Positions 25,409-35,412 of a stretch of DNA of 64,000 nucleotides are shown here, piece after piece. The DNA is taken from positions 31,811 to 95,810 of the forward strand of contig CAJOCU010000005.1 in assembly GCA_905233765.1 (NCBI GenBank), written 5' to 3'. The translations under genes and the position numbers were made by a program. Below the pieces are notes generated by a model. It saw nothing but the letters and a program-made list of their open reading frames with translations. It searched no databases and was not told where the DNA came from. The first letter of the stretch is position 1, and the number at the start of each line of letters is the position of its first letter. This DNA comes from an uncultured Bacteroidaceae bacterium. GTDB lineage: Bacteria > Bacteroidota > Bacteroidia > Bacteroidales > Bacteroidaceae.

Positions 25409-27502
25409 ATGGAAATCAAAAACTTTACCATTACCAAACGCGATGGCTCTAAGGACAGCTTCTCGCTGGACAAGATTATGAATGCCATCGTGAAGGCTTT
25501 CGAGAGCGTTGGAGAACCCTCAGACTTGGCTTCTATCTCAAAGATTATCAGCCGTCTGGATATAAAGGATGATATCACCGTCGAGGATATCCAGAACCAA
25601 GTAGAAGAAGCGCTGATGAGTGAGGGCTTCTACAAGGTTGCTAAGTCGTTCATGCTCTATCGCCAGGCCCATACAGAGGATCGCGAGACGCTGGCGAAGC
25701 TGCAGTTCCTTTCCGATTATATGGAATCGGCTAATGCGGCAACTGCATCAAAGTTTGACGCCAACGCCAACGTGGAGCATAAAAATATTGCAACTTTAAT
25801 AGGCGAGTTGCCCAAGTCGAACTTCATCCGTCTGAACCGTCGTCTGCTCACCGAGCGCATCAAGAGGATGTATGGAAAAGAACTGGCCGATGAGTATATC
25901 GACAAGCTGACACACCACTTTATATATAAGAACGACGAAACCTCGCTGGCCAACTATTGCGCTTCCATCACCATGTACCCCTGGCTCATCGGCGGCACGC
26001 TGGACATCGGCGGCAACTCTACAGCCCCCACGAACCTGAAGTCGTTTGCCGGTGGCTTCATCAATATGGTCTTCATGGTCAGCTCCATGCTTGCCGGCGC
26101 GTGTGCAACGCCGGAGTTCCTGATGTACATGAACTACTTCATTGGTAAGGAGTATGGCAAGGACTACTGGAAGCGTGCCGACGAGCAGGCCGACCTGAGC
26201 CTGAAGAAGCGCACCATCGATAAGATCATCACCGACTATTTCGAGCAGATTGTATATTCCCTGAACCAGCCCACAGGTGCCCGCAACTACCAGGCTGTGT
26301 TCTGGAACGTGGCCTACTACGACCGTTACTACTTCGAGAGCATCTTCGGCGAGTTCTACTTTCCCGACGGCTCGCAGCCCGACTGGGACGGCCTCTCATG
26401 GCTGCAGAAGCGCTTCATGAAGTGGTTCAATAAGGAGCGCACGAAGACCCTGCTGACATTCCCCGTAGAGACGATGGCGCTGCTCGTGGATGAGAACGGC
26501 GAGTGCAAGGACAAGGAATGGGGCGAGTTCACGGCTGAGATGTACAGCGAGGGTCACTCCTTCTTCACCTATATGAGCGACAACGCCGACTCTCTCAGCA
26601 GCTGCTGCCGCCTGCGCAACGAGATCACCGACAACGGCTTCAGCTATACGCTGGGCGCTGGTGGTGTCTCAACGGGTTCCAAAAGCGTGCTCACCATCAA
26701 CCTGAACCGCTGCATCCAGTATGCTGTGAACCATAAGAAGGACTATCTGGAATACCTTGGCGAAGTCATCGACCTCTGCCACAAGGTGCAGCTGGCCTAC
26801 AACGAGAACCTCAAGGACCTGCAGGCTCACGGCATGCTGCCGCTCTTCGATGCCGGCTACATTAACATCGGACGTCAGTACCTGACCATCGGCATCAACG
26901 GACTCGTGGAGGCCGCAGAGTTCATGGGGCTGAAGATCACGCCCAACGACGACTACATGCACTTCGTTCAGGGCATCCTCGGTCTCATTGAGAAGTACAA
27001 CAAGCAGTATAGAACCAAGGAGGTCATGTTCAACTGCGAGATGATACCGGCTGAGAATGTGGGTGTCAAGCATGCTAAATGGGACCGCGAGGACGGCTAC
27101 TTCGTGCCGCGTGATTGCTACAATAGCTATTTCTATGTCGTCGAGGATGACTCGCTGAGCGTCATCGACAAGTTCAAGCTCCACGGCGCCCCCTACATCG
27201 AACACCTCACGGGTGGCTCCGCGCTGCACATGAACCTCGAGGAACACCTCTCGAAGGAGCAGTACATGCAACTCTTGAAGGTGGCTGCCAAGGAAGGATG
27301 CAATTACTTCACCTTCAACATTCCCAACACCGTGTGCAACGACTGCGGCACCATCGACAAGCGCTACCTGAAGGAGTGCCCCCACTGCCACTCGAAGAAC
27401 GTCGATTACATGACCCGCATCATCGGCTATCTCAAGCGAGTGAGCAACTTCTCACAGGCACGTCAGGAAGAAGCAGCGCGTCGCTACTACGCTAATGCGT
27501 AA
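25409..27502 (+). CDS. nrdD: anaerobic ribonucleoside-triphosphate reductase
   Basis: The N-terminal ATP-cone reads ITKRDGSKDSFSLDKIMNAIVKAF. A C-terminal Zn-ribbon has CNDCG...CPHCHS. The glycyl-radical tail is RIIGYLKRVSNF. Confidence 0.9.
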   Translation: MEIKNFTITKRDGSKDSFSLDKIMNAIVKAFESVGEPSDLASISKIISRLDIKDDITVEDIQNQVEEALMSEGFYKVAKSFMLYRQAHTEDRETLAKLQFLSDYMESANAATASKFDANANVEHKNIATLIGELPKSNFIRLNRRLLTERIKRMYGKELADEYIDKLTHHFIYKNDETSLANYCASITMYPWLIGGTLDIGGNSTAPTNLKSFAGGFINMVFMVSSMLAGACATPEFLMYMNYFIGKEYGKDYWKRADEQADLSLKKRTIDKIITDYFEQIVYSLNQPTGARNYQAVFWNVAYYDRYYFESIFGEFYFPDGSQPDWDGLSWLQKRFMKWFNKERTKTLLTFPVETMALLVDENGECKDKEWGEFTAEMYSEGHSFFTYMSDNADSLSSCCRLRNEITDNGFSYTLGAGGVSTGSKSVLTINLNRCIQYAVNHKKDYLEYLGEVIDLCHKVQLAYNENLKDLQAHGMLPLFDAGYINIGRQYLTIGINGLVEAAEFMGLKITPNDDYMHFVQGILGLIEKYNKQYRTKEVMFNCEMIPAENVGVKHAKWDREDGYFVPRDCYNSYFYVVEDDSLSVIDKFKLHGAPYIEHLTGGSALHMNLEEHLSKEQYMQLLKVAAKEGCNYFTFNIPNTVCNDCGTIDKRYLKECPHCHSKNVDYMTRIIGYLKRVSNFSQARQEEAARRYYANA

Positions 27503-27522
27503 TTCGTAAAAACGAGACACGA

Positions 27523-27999
27523 ATGCTCAAGTACGTCAACACGGGAATCGTCTTTCAGGAAATCCCCGACGAAGTAACGCTGGCCATCAACATCTCGGGC
27601 TGCCCTTGCCGCTGCCCGGGATGCCACAGCCATTACCTATGGGATGATATAGGGTTGCCGTTGGACACCGATGCCATTGATGACTTTGTACGTAAATATG
27701 GCCACGACATCACTTGTATCGCTATGATGGGGGGGGACAATGATCCTATGAGCGTGCAGCTACTAGCCCAGTATATCCATGAAAATCATCCGCTGTACCA
27801 TGTGGCTTGGTACAGCGGGCGCCTGAGGATACCTCCAGGAGTCTGCAAGGAGGATTTCGATTATATCAAGATAGGTCCCTACATCCGCCATCTGGGGCCT
27901 CTGAACAGTCCTACGACGAATCAGCGCCTCTATCGTCAGACTGCTGAAGGTGCTTTTGAGGATATTACGCAACGTTTCTGGCGCACTGCCACGGCATAA
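27523..27999 (+). CDS. nrdG: anaerobic ribonucleotide reductase activating protein (radical SAM)
   Basis: 158 aa with the cysteine cluster GCPCRCPGCHS, immediately downstream of nrdD. Confidence 0.85.
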   Translation: MLKYVNTGIVFQEIPDEVTLAINISGCPCRCPGCHSHYLWDDIGLPLDTDAIDDFVRKYGHDITCIAMMGGDNDPMSVQLLAQYIHENHPLYHVAWYSGRLRIPPGVCKEDFDYIKIGPYIRHLGPLNSPTTNQRLYRQTAEGAFEDITQRFWRTATA

Positions 28000-28046
28000 G
28001 TCCCGCAATCCTTGCAAATCATGCCATATATTCCTGTGCGGTCAAA

Positions 28047-28964
28047 ATGAGGCTCAGTCATTACATATCAGAATACATGGGCGTTATGGTGCTGCTGGTC
28101 GCTGCTATCGCGCTATGCTGGCCCACGTCGTTCTCGTGGATTGACACGTGGACGATTAACCCGCTGTTGGGTGTGATTATGTTTGGTATGGGCCTGACGC
28201 TTTCGCCGCAGGACTTTTGCGTCGTCCTAAGCCGTCCCAAGGATATCATGATCGGTTGCCTAACACAGTTTACGATTATGCCCTTGCTCGCATTTGCATT
28301 GACGTGGGTTTTCTCGCTCTCAAAGGAACTTGCGTTGGGCGTGATCCTTGTAGGCTGTTGTCCAGGCGGAACGGCCTCCAACGTAATCACCTATCTTGCA
28401 AAGGGTGACCTGGCATTGTCGGTGGGCATGACCGCCACGTCCACACTGCTTGCTCCCGTTCTCACCCCGCTACTCGTCTGGATTCTTGCTGACACCATGG
28501 TCGAGGTGGACACTATAGGAATGCTGCTGAGCATTGTTTATGTGGTCATAGCGCCGATTGTCATGGGTCTGCTGTTTCAGCGTTTCCTACCGAAAACGAC
28601 GTGTCGCATGGTGCCTTATTTGCCGGCTTTTTCTTCGTTGGCCATTGCTTTTGTGGTGGGGGTTATAGTGTCACACAATGCTGGTCATCTGCTGGTAGGT
28701 GGACTGCTTGTTGTTTTGGTAGTCATGCTTCATAACCTCTGTGGCTTGGGACTTGGCTACCTGGCAGCATGTCTGCTTCACCTCCCAGAACCCAAGAAAC
28801 GTGCCGTCTCAATTGAAGTGGGGATGCAGAACTCTGGGTTGGCCAGTAGTCTTGCCACGTTGCATTTTGCTGCCTACCCCCTTGCTGCTATCCCTGGCGC
28901 CCTCTTCAGTGTATGGCATAATATCAGCGGTGCTTTGATTGCCTTTTTCATGAGGAAATCTTGA
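28047..28964 (+). CDS. bile acid:sodium symporter (BASS) family transporter
   Basis: 305 aa polytopic protein. CCPGGTASNV is the typical BASS motif. Confidence 0.8.
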   Translation: MRLSHYISEYMGVMVLLVAAIALCWPTSFSWIDTWTINPLLGVIMFGMGLTLSPQDFCVVLSRPKDIMIGCLTQFTIMPLLAFALTWVFSLSKELALGVILVGCCPGGTASNVITYLAKGDLALSVGMTATSTLLAPVLTPLLVWILADTMVEVDTIGMLLSIVYVVIAPIVMGLLFQRFLPKTTCRMVPYLPAFSSLAIAFVVGVIVSHNAGHLLVGGLLVVLVVMLHNLCGLGLGYLAACLLHLPEPKKRAVSIEVGMQNSGLASSLATLHFAAYPLAAIPGALFSVWHNISGALIAFFMRKS

Positions 28965-28974
28965 AAAAATCAGT

Positions 28975-29007
28975 GAAGCCCCGAAAGCATGAAAGGCTTT
29001 CGGGGCT
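28975..29007. terminator. bidirectional stem-loop between the convergent BASS and hsp20 genes
   Basis: aagccccgaaagc-atgaaag-gctttcggggctt, a 13 bp perfect stem. Confidence 0.6.
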
Positions 29008-29041
29008 TATAATTGAGACCGCTATAGTGTGTTCTTGTTCT

Positions 29042-29467
29042 TTATGCTATGTCGATGTGGCGCGAGACCTTGACTTCCTCTTTCTTCACCTTCGGGAGTA
29101 CGATGGTGAGAACGCCGTCCTCGACCTTGGCGGTGATGCCGTCCTTCTGCACATCCTCAGGCAGCGAGTAGGCCTGCTGGTAGTTGGTGTAGGAGAACTC
29201 GCGGCGCAGGTAGTGCTCTTTCTTGTCCTCTTCCTTGTGCTCGAACTTGTTCTCGATGGCGATGTTCAGGTTGCCTTCATCGTTGATGCTGATGCGGCAG
29301 AACTCTTTCTTCAGACCAGGAGCTGCGACTTCCATGGTGTAGGCATTTTCATCGACTTTGACGTTGACAGCGGGTGCTGTGCGGTGTGTGGTTGGAACGA
29401 TATCGGTGTTGAAGAAATCATCGAATACGGTGGGGAACCAACTGTTCTTAAACATTACGGGTAACAT
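29042..29467 (-). CDS. Hsp20/alpha-crystallin family small heat-shock protein
   Basis: 141 aa. Contains PAVNVKVDENAYTMEVAAPGLKKEF and GVLTIVLPK. Confidence 0.9.
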   Translation of the reverse strand: MLPVMFKNSWFPTVFDDFFNTDIVPTTHRTAPAVNVKVDENAYTMEVAAPGLKKEFCRISINDEGNLNIAIENKFEHKEEDKKEHYLRREFSYTNYQQAYSLPEDVQKDGITAKVEDGVLTIVLPKVKKEEVKVSRHIDIA

Positions 29468-29552
29468 AATTAAAACCTCCTATTGTTTAATGGTTAAACT
29501 TAAATTTCTTTGTTGGGCCTCGGCTTTCGCTTCGGCGTTACACCCATGAAAT

Positions 29553-29568
29553 GGCAATGAGTGTGCCA
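29553..29568 (-). promoter_or_regulatory. candidate sigma-54 (-24/-12) promoter upstream of hsp20
   Basis: The minus strand reads TGGCACACTCATTGCC, an exact fit to TGGCAC-N5-TTGC. It lies 86-101 nt upstream of the hsp20 ATG. Confidence 0.5.
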
Positions 29569-29612
29569 AAGAGGAAACTGTGCCAAAGAATAAGCTAACC
29601 ACCTCATTATCA

Positions 29613-29670
29613 CGACAAATTGTCGCAAATGTGGACATTTTGTCGCTTCCTGTGTGGTCGTTTTGTCGCA
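29613..29670. promoter_or_regulatory. three TTGTCGC direct repeats (the first is part of the palindrome CGACAAATTGTCG), a candidate enhancer-binding sites
   Basis: tgtcgc starts at 29621, 29641 and 29664, a spacing of 20 and 23 nt. The repeats lie 55-115 nt upstream of the sigma-54-like promoter. Confidence 0.4.
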
Positions 29671-29690
29671 AAGGGGAGGGTAGGAGGGGC

Positions 29691-30725
29691 TCAGGCGTAG
29701 AAGTCGGGGAAGGCCACGGGCGCAAAACCGCGCTCGATGCTCTCCCGCGACAGGGGGATGGCGGCACACCACGTGGCCATGTCGTAGAGGCTGATGGCGA
29801 GCGGCGTGCCGTGGCGCAGGCTGTGGATGAGGTGTTGGTTCATGGCCACCGTCATGGCTTCATGCGAGGCGCGCCCTTGGTCGTGCAGCTCGATGCGGCC
29901 GCGCGTGCCGATGAATGTGAACTGCCGCTCATAAGGCTGCTGGGTGAGCACGTTGTGTTTTAAAAGAATCGTGCGCCCGCGCGAGGTGCGGATGAGCGTC
30001 GTGGTGTGGTCGGCGTTCTGGAAGTCGGCGGCTGTCTGGCCCATGAGTTCCTGGTAGAGCTGCGGACCGGTGAGGGCGGGGGAGTCCATGCTGACGAGGG
30101 TCTGCAGGCGGTCGTCTGTGCCGATGCCCAGCGCCTGACAGATGGGGCCCAGCTCATGCGTGGGGTAGAGGTCGCCCCGCAACCGGCGGTTGATGTCCAG
30201 ACGCCAGGGCGACCAGCGGTCCCCGAGGTGATGGTAGTAGCAGCCCTCGGCATGTACCACCTCGCCGATGTCACCTCGACGGATGGCGGCGACAGCCTCC
30301 ATGACCTGCTGCTCGAAGCAGGCGTTTTCAAGCATGAAGCACTGGCGCCCCGTCTGCTCGGCCGTGGCGAGGAGCAGGCGGATGTCCTCCAGCGTCAATG
30401 CTGCCGGCACCTCGATGGCCACATGCTTGCCGCAGCGCATGGCTTCCACGGTGATGGGCGTGTGCGAGGCCCAGTCGCTGCAGATATACACGAGATCCAC
30501 GCGATCCATGCGGCATGCTTCCTTGTATGATTCGTTGCCATCAAAACAAAGGGGATGGCAGGATGGAGGCAGGAGCGCCAGTGCCTCTTGAACATGTGAA
30601 GGGGAGAGGTCACAGAGAACCGACGCCTCGACGTCCTCCGTGGCTAGAATGAGACGAAGGGCCTTTCGACCGCGTTCGCCGAGTCCGATGAAAGCGATGC
30701 GGATACTGTGAGGAAGCTTAGTCAT
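29691..30725 (-). CDS. Gfo/Idh/MocA family oxidoreductase
   Basis: The N-terminal Rossmann segment reads IRIAFIGLGERGRKAL. 344 aa. Confidence 0.8.
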   Translation of the reverse strand: MTKLPHSIRIAFIGLGERGRKALRLILATEDVEASVLCDLSPSHVQEALALLPPSCHPLCFDGNESYKEACRMDRVDLVYICSDWASHTPITVEAMRCGKHVAIEVPAALTLEDIRLLLATAEQTGRQCFMLENACFEQQVMEAVAAIRRGDIGEVVHAEGCYYHHLGDRWSPWRLDINRRLRGDLYPTHELGPICQALGIGTDDRLQTLVSMDSPALTGPQLYQELMGQTAADFQNADHTTTLIRTSRGRTILLKHNVLTQQPYERQFTFIGTRGRIELHDQGRASHEAMTVAMNQHLIHSLRHGTPLAISLYDMATWCAAIPLSRESIERGFAPVAFPDFYA

Positions 30726-30747
30726 GCTGCAAAAACTTTTTTCAGCA

Positions 30748-30755
30748 CAAAGGTA
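30748..30755 (-). promoter_or_regulatory. Bacteroidetes -7 promoter box (TACCTTTG) for the oxidoreductase gene
   Basis: The reverse complement of caaaggta, 23 nt upstream of the ATG at 30725. Confidence 0.45.
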
Positions 30756-30850
30756 ATCATATTTCGCCGCAGCAACAAAATTGGGACTTTTTTTTTGAGA
30801 TTATTTTACAAAAGAGTCTCCCATGACAGTGCGTTGTGGGATATTTTTTG

Positions 30851-30858
30851 TATATTTG
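30851..30858 (+). promoter_or_regulatory. Bacteroidetes -7 promoter box (TATATTTG) for the alanine:cation symporter gene
   Basis: Matches TAnnTTTG, 42 nt upstream of the ATG at 30900. Confidence 0.45.
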
Positions 30859-30899
30859 CCGGCGATACTGCTAGATTATGATTTAAGAACGATTGTGAT

Positions 30900-32273
30900 A
30901 TGAATGCCATCAATCATCTCTTCTCACTGCTGAGTTCTGTGCTATGGGGCTGGCCCATGGTGATTCTGTTGTTGGGCACGCATGTGTTCCTGACCTTCCG
31001 GTTGCGTGTGCCTCAGCGTAAACTGCTAACCGGAATTCGCCTGTCTGTCCAAAAGGATAAGGGCGCAAAAGGCGACGTAACGCAGTTCGGAGCCTTGGCA
31101 ACAGCACTGGCGGCGACCATAGGGACTGGTAACATCGTGGGCGTTGCCACCGCTGTGGCGCTGGGCGGCCCGGGCGCCGTGCTCTGGTGTTGGCTGACGG
31201 GTATCTTTGGAATGGCCACAAAATATGCTGAGGGGCTGCTTGCGGTGAAGTATCGTGTGAAAGGCAATGACGGTCGCACTTATGGTGGCCCGATGTACGC
31301 GCTGGAGATAGGACTTGGTATGAAACGAATGGCGTTGCTTTTCGCTGTGTTTACAGCACTTGCCAGTTTCGGCATTGGTTGTACGGTGCAGGCCAATTCT
31401 ATTGCGCTGCTGGCCAACGAGACATTCGGCATCCCCACGTGGGCTGTCGGACTGCTCATCTGCGGACTGACGGCGCTGGTCATCATGGGCGGCGTGCGTT
31501 CCATTGCTCGCGTATGCACCATCCTCGTTCCTTTCATGGCCTTGCTGTATGTGGTGGGTTGTGTGGTTATACTGTGCATGAATGGCAGCTACGTGTGGCC
31601 CGCAGTACAACTGATTATACAGTCGGCCTTCAACCCATCGGCTGCCGGCGGAGGATTCGTGGGTGCTACGGTGATGATGGCGGCTCGTTATGGTATAGCT
31701 CGAGGACTATTCTCTAACGAGAGCGGCATGGGAAGCGCTCCCATCGTGGCCGCTGCAGCGCAGACTCGCAACCCCGTGCGGCAGGCACTGGTGAGCTCAA
31801 CAGGAACGTTCTGGGACACCGTCATCATCTGTGCCCTCACGGGACTGGTACTTGTGAGCAGTATTTTGGCTTACCCCGATATCACCTATTCCGACGGCGC
31901 AGCGTTGACGAAGGTGGCCTTCTCAAAGATTCCCTACGTGGGGGCACCACTACTCACCTTTGGTATCCTAACCTTCGCCTTCAGCACCATTTTGGGGTGG
32001 AGCTACTACGGCGAAAGTGCCGTAAATTATATCGAGAGACAACGCATGAACCGTTTCTATCGTATCCTGTATATCGTGGCCTTGTTCTTCGGAAGTATCA
32101 TCAGCTTGGATGTTATCTGGAACATCGCTGACACCATGAATGCACTGATGGCCATTCCTAACCTCGTGGCACTTCTTCTGCTCAGTGGAGTCGCAGCTGC
32201 CGAAACGAAGAAGTACTTGTGGGGTGGTCGCCTAGATGAGGAGATGGAATCGATGTTAGGAAAAGGGGAATAA
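30900..32273 (+). CDS. alanine/glycine:cation symporter (AGCS) family transporter
   Basis: 457 aa. Contains ALATALAATIGTGNIVGVATA and SNESGMGSAPI. Confidence 0.85.
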   Translation: MNAINHLFSLLSSVLWGWPMVILLLGTHVFLTFRLRVPQRKLLTGIRLSVQKDKGAKGDVTQFGALATALAATIGTGNIVGVATAVALGGPGAVLWCWLTGIFGMATKYAEGLLAVKYRVKGNDGRTYGGPMYALEIGLGMKRMALLFAVFTALASFGIGCTVQANSIALLANETFGIPTWAVGLLICGLTALVIMGGVRSIARVCTILVPFMALLYVVGCVVILCMNGSYVWPAVQLIIQSAFNPSAAGGGFVGATVMMAARYGIARGLFSNESGMGSAPIVAAAAQTRNPVRQALVSSTGTFWDTVIICALTGLVLVSSILAYPDITYSDGAALTKVAFSKIPYVGAPLLTFGILTFAFSTILGWSYYGESAVNYIERQRMNRFYRILYIVALFFGSIISLDVIWNIADTMNALMAIPNLVALLLLSGVAAAETKKYLWGGRLDEEMESMLGKGE

Positions 32274-32360
32274 AAGCCACCTTTTCGGTAATAAAAGTGA
32301 AAAAAGAACAACGAAGAGTAATTTCTAACGGTTATATGGAGATGGTTCAAGAAAGAATCG

Positions 32361-32368
32361 TATCTTTG
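32361..32368 (+). promoter_or_regulatory. Bacteroidetes -7 promoter box (TATCTTTG) for pflB
   Basis: Matches TAnnTTTG, 44 nt upstream of the ATG at 32412. This supports 32412 as the real pflB start. Confidence 0.45.
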
Positions 32369-32411
32369 CACCCGCATTATCAAATAATAACGTTATAAAA
32401 CTTACCTCAAC

Positions 32412-34663
32412 ATGGCAATTCGCAACGAATGGCGCGGCTTCAAGGGAGTCAAATGGCTCGACGAAGTCAATGTGCGCGACTTTATCCAGAACAACTACAC
32501 TCAGTATGACGGCGAGAGAGCTTCCTGACGGGGCCCACCGAAGCCACGAATATCCTGTGGGGCAAGCTGCAAGAGCTGCAGAAGGCCGAGCGCGCCAAGG
32601 GCGGCGTGCTGGACATGGAGACGGAAGTGGTCTCCAGCATGACGGCTTACGGTCCCGGTTACATCGACCCCGCTACCAAGGATTTGGAGAAGATTGTGGG
32701 TCTGCAGACCGACAAGCCCCTGAAGCGTGCCTTCATGCCCTATGGCGGCATCAAGATGGCCGAGCAGGCTTGCACGACATACGGCTACCAGCCCTCTGAC
32801 AAGCTCCACGAGATCTTCACGAAGTACTGCAAGACGCACAACGAAGGTGTCTTCGACGCTTACACCGACGAGATGAAACGTGTGCGTCACAACCACATCC
32901 TGACAGGTCTGCCCGACACCTACGGCCGCGGCCGCATCGTGGGTGACTACCGTCGTGTGGCGCTCTACGGTATCGACTTCCTCATCGAACAGAAGGAGAT
33001 TGACAAATACAACTGCGGTAAGCGTCAGATGAGCGAGGATATCATCCGCCTGCGCGAGGAGATCTCCATGCAGATCAAGGCGCTGAAGGAGATGAAGAAG
33101 ATGGCCGAAATCTACGGCTACGACATCAGCCAGCCCGCTAAGAATGCCCGCGAGGCTGTGCAGTGGCTCTACTTCGGCTACCTGGCTGCCATCAAGACAC
33201 AGAACGGTGCTGCGATGTCCGTAGGTCGTGTATCCACGTTCCTCGATATCTACATCACCCGCGACTTGCAGGAAGGCACGCTCACCGAGCAGGAGGCACA
33301 GGAGCTCATCGACCACCTGGTGATGAAGTTCCGCATGGTGAAGTTCGCCCGTATCCCCTCCTACAACGAAGTGTTCTCCGGCGACCCCGTATGGGCTACG
33401 CTCGAGGTGGCTGGTATCGGTCAGGATGGTCGTCACCAGGTGACCAAGAACTGCTACCGCTTCCTCAACACGCTCATCAACATGGGGCCCTCGCCAGAGC
33501 CAAACCTCACCGTGCTCTACTCACCGCGCCTGCCGGAGAACTTCAAGCGTTATGCTGCCTGGATCTCCGTCAAGACCAGCTCCATCCAGTACGAGAACGA
33601 CGAGGTGATGCGTCCCATCTGGGGCGACGACTATAGCATCTGCTGCTGTGTCAGCGCTACCCAGACAGGTAAGGAGATGCAGTTCTTTGGTGCTCGCGCC
33701 AACCTGGCCAAGACGCTGCTCTATGCCATCAACGGCGGTGTGGATGCTAAGACACGCGAACAGTGCGGACCTAAGTTCCGTCCCATCACCAGCGAGTACC
33801 TGACATGGGAAGAACTGGAGCCCCGCTTCCGTGATATGATGGAGTGGTTGTGCGATGTCTATGTCAACACGCTCAACCTCATCCACTACATGCACGATAA
33901 GTATTTCTACGAGGCTGCCGAGCTCGCACTCATCGACACCGATGTGCGTCGCACCTTTGCTACGGGTATCGCCGGTTTCAGCCACGTCATTGACAGCATC
34001 TGCGCCGTGAAGTACGCTAAGGTGAAGATCATCCGCGACGAGACGGGCTTCAACGTGGATTACAAGGTGGAAGGTGACTTCCCACGCTACGGCAACGACG
34101 ACCCGCGCGCCGATGAGGTTGCTATCTGGGTGTTGAAGACCTTCTTGGCCAAGATCAAGCGTCACCACACCTACCGCAATGCCGAGCCCACGACCTCAAT
34201 CCTTACCATCACCTCCAACGTGGTATATGGTAAATACACAGGCAACCTGCCCGACGGCCGTCGAGCAGGTGCACCTCTGTCACCTGGTGCCAACCCCAGC
34301 TACGGTGCAGAAAAGAACGGTCTGCTGGCTTCGCTCAACTCCGTGGCCAAGATTCCTTACGAGTACGCCCTCGACGGTATCTCCAACACACAGACCATCG
34401 CTCCTTCAGCCCTCGGTCACAATGACGAGGAACGCGCTCAGACACTGGTGCGCGTCATGGACGGTTACTTCACAAAGGGTGCCCATCATCTCAACGTGAA
34501 CGTCTTCGGCGTCGATAAGCTGCGCGATGCAATGGAACACCCCGAGAAGCCCGAATACGCCAACTTCACCATCCGCGTATCAGGATACGCTGTCAAGTTC
34601 ATCGATCTCACACGTGAGCAGCAGGAGGATGTGATTGCGCGACAGGCCCACGAAAGACTATAA
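32412..34663 (+). CDS. pflB: formate C-acetyltransferase (pyruvate formate-lyase), apparently frameshifted near codon 36
   Basis: Frame 0 (32412-32528) encodes [38 protein letters not shown] and then stops. The next frame continues from 32516 with [22 protein letters not shown]... to the glycyl-radical end (RVSGYAVKF). The two frames join at a GAGAGAG tract (32514-32520). Confidence 0.85.
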
Positions 34664-35400
34664 TGAGCAAGGCTTTTATTCACTCAACCGAATCCTTTGG
34701 CTCCGTAGATGGGCCAGGGATTCGGTTCCTTATTTTCATGCAGGGCTGCCATATGCGTTGCCGCTACTGCCACAATCCGGACACATGGAGAACTGGGCAA
34801 ACTGGAGACTCCGAACAATCTGCATCCGTAAATAATCTCCTCGACCGAGCCGAGCGTTATAGAGAATATTGGGGCAGGGATGGTGGCATCACTGTTTCCG
34901 GCGGCGAAGCACTTCTGCAGATAGACTTCCTCACGGAACTCTTCGAGGAAGCACATCGTCGCAATATCAACACCTGCCTGGACACCGCAGCCCACCCTTT
35001 CACGCGCAGCGAGCCCTTCTTTAGCAAGTTTGAGCGGCTCTTGAAGAGCACGGATATTGTACTCCTCGATCTCAAACACATGGATTCCGACCGTCACCGA
35101 TGGCTCACGGGACAAGGCAACGAGAACATACTCGATTGTGCCCGCTACCTCTCTGACAACAACATATCCGTCTGGATCCGCCACGTGCTCTTACCTGGCA
35201 TCACCGATGACGAGGGTCACTTGTTAAAAATGCGCCATTTTATCGACACCCTCCACAATGTCAAGAAGGTCGAAGTCCTTCCCTACCACACCCTTGGCAT
35301 TCACAAATGGGAGGCCCTTGGTATTCCCTACACACTTCGAGATGTGCCGGTACCTACGTTAGAACAAGAAAACCGTGCAAGAGAAATCCTGTGTGGGTAA
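34663..35400 (+). CDS. pflA: pyruvate formate-lyase activating enzyme (radical SAM)
   Basis: Contains GPGIRFLIFMQGCHMRCRYCHNPDTW. The start overlaps the pflB stop (TAATG). Confidence 0.9.
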   Translation: MSKAFIHSTESFGSVDGPGIRFLIFMQGCHMRCRYCHNPDTWRTGQTGDSEQSASVNNLLDRAERYREYWGRDGGITVSGGEALLQIDFLTELFEEAHRRNINTCLDTAAHPFTRSEPFFSKFERLLKSTDIVLLDLKHMDSDRHRWLTGQGNENILDCARYLSDNNISVWIRHVLLPGITDDEGHLLKMRHFIDTLHNVKKVEVLPYHTLGIHKWEALGIPYTLRDVPVPTLEQENRAREILCG

Positions 35401-35412
35401 CCTCTTTTATGT

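Noticed and set aside
32501-33436. 311 aa minus-strand ORF opposite pflB, and similar long antisense ORFs (59900..61111 opposite tig, 53207..54451 opposite the M13 peptidase, 26669..27391 opposite nrdD, 15138..15914 opposite the M23 peptidase, 46685..47308 opposite rubrerythrin, 49351..50202, 28961..29464, 33521..34168)
   Set aside because: Each lies entirely inside a confidently identified gene on the other strand and has a Val/Leu/Asp/Gly/His-rich mirror composition typical of antisense frames.
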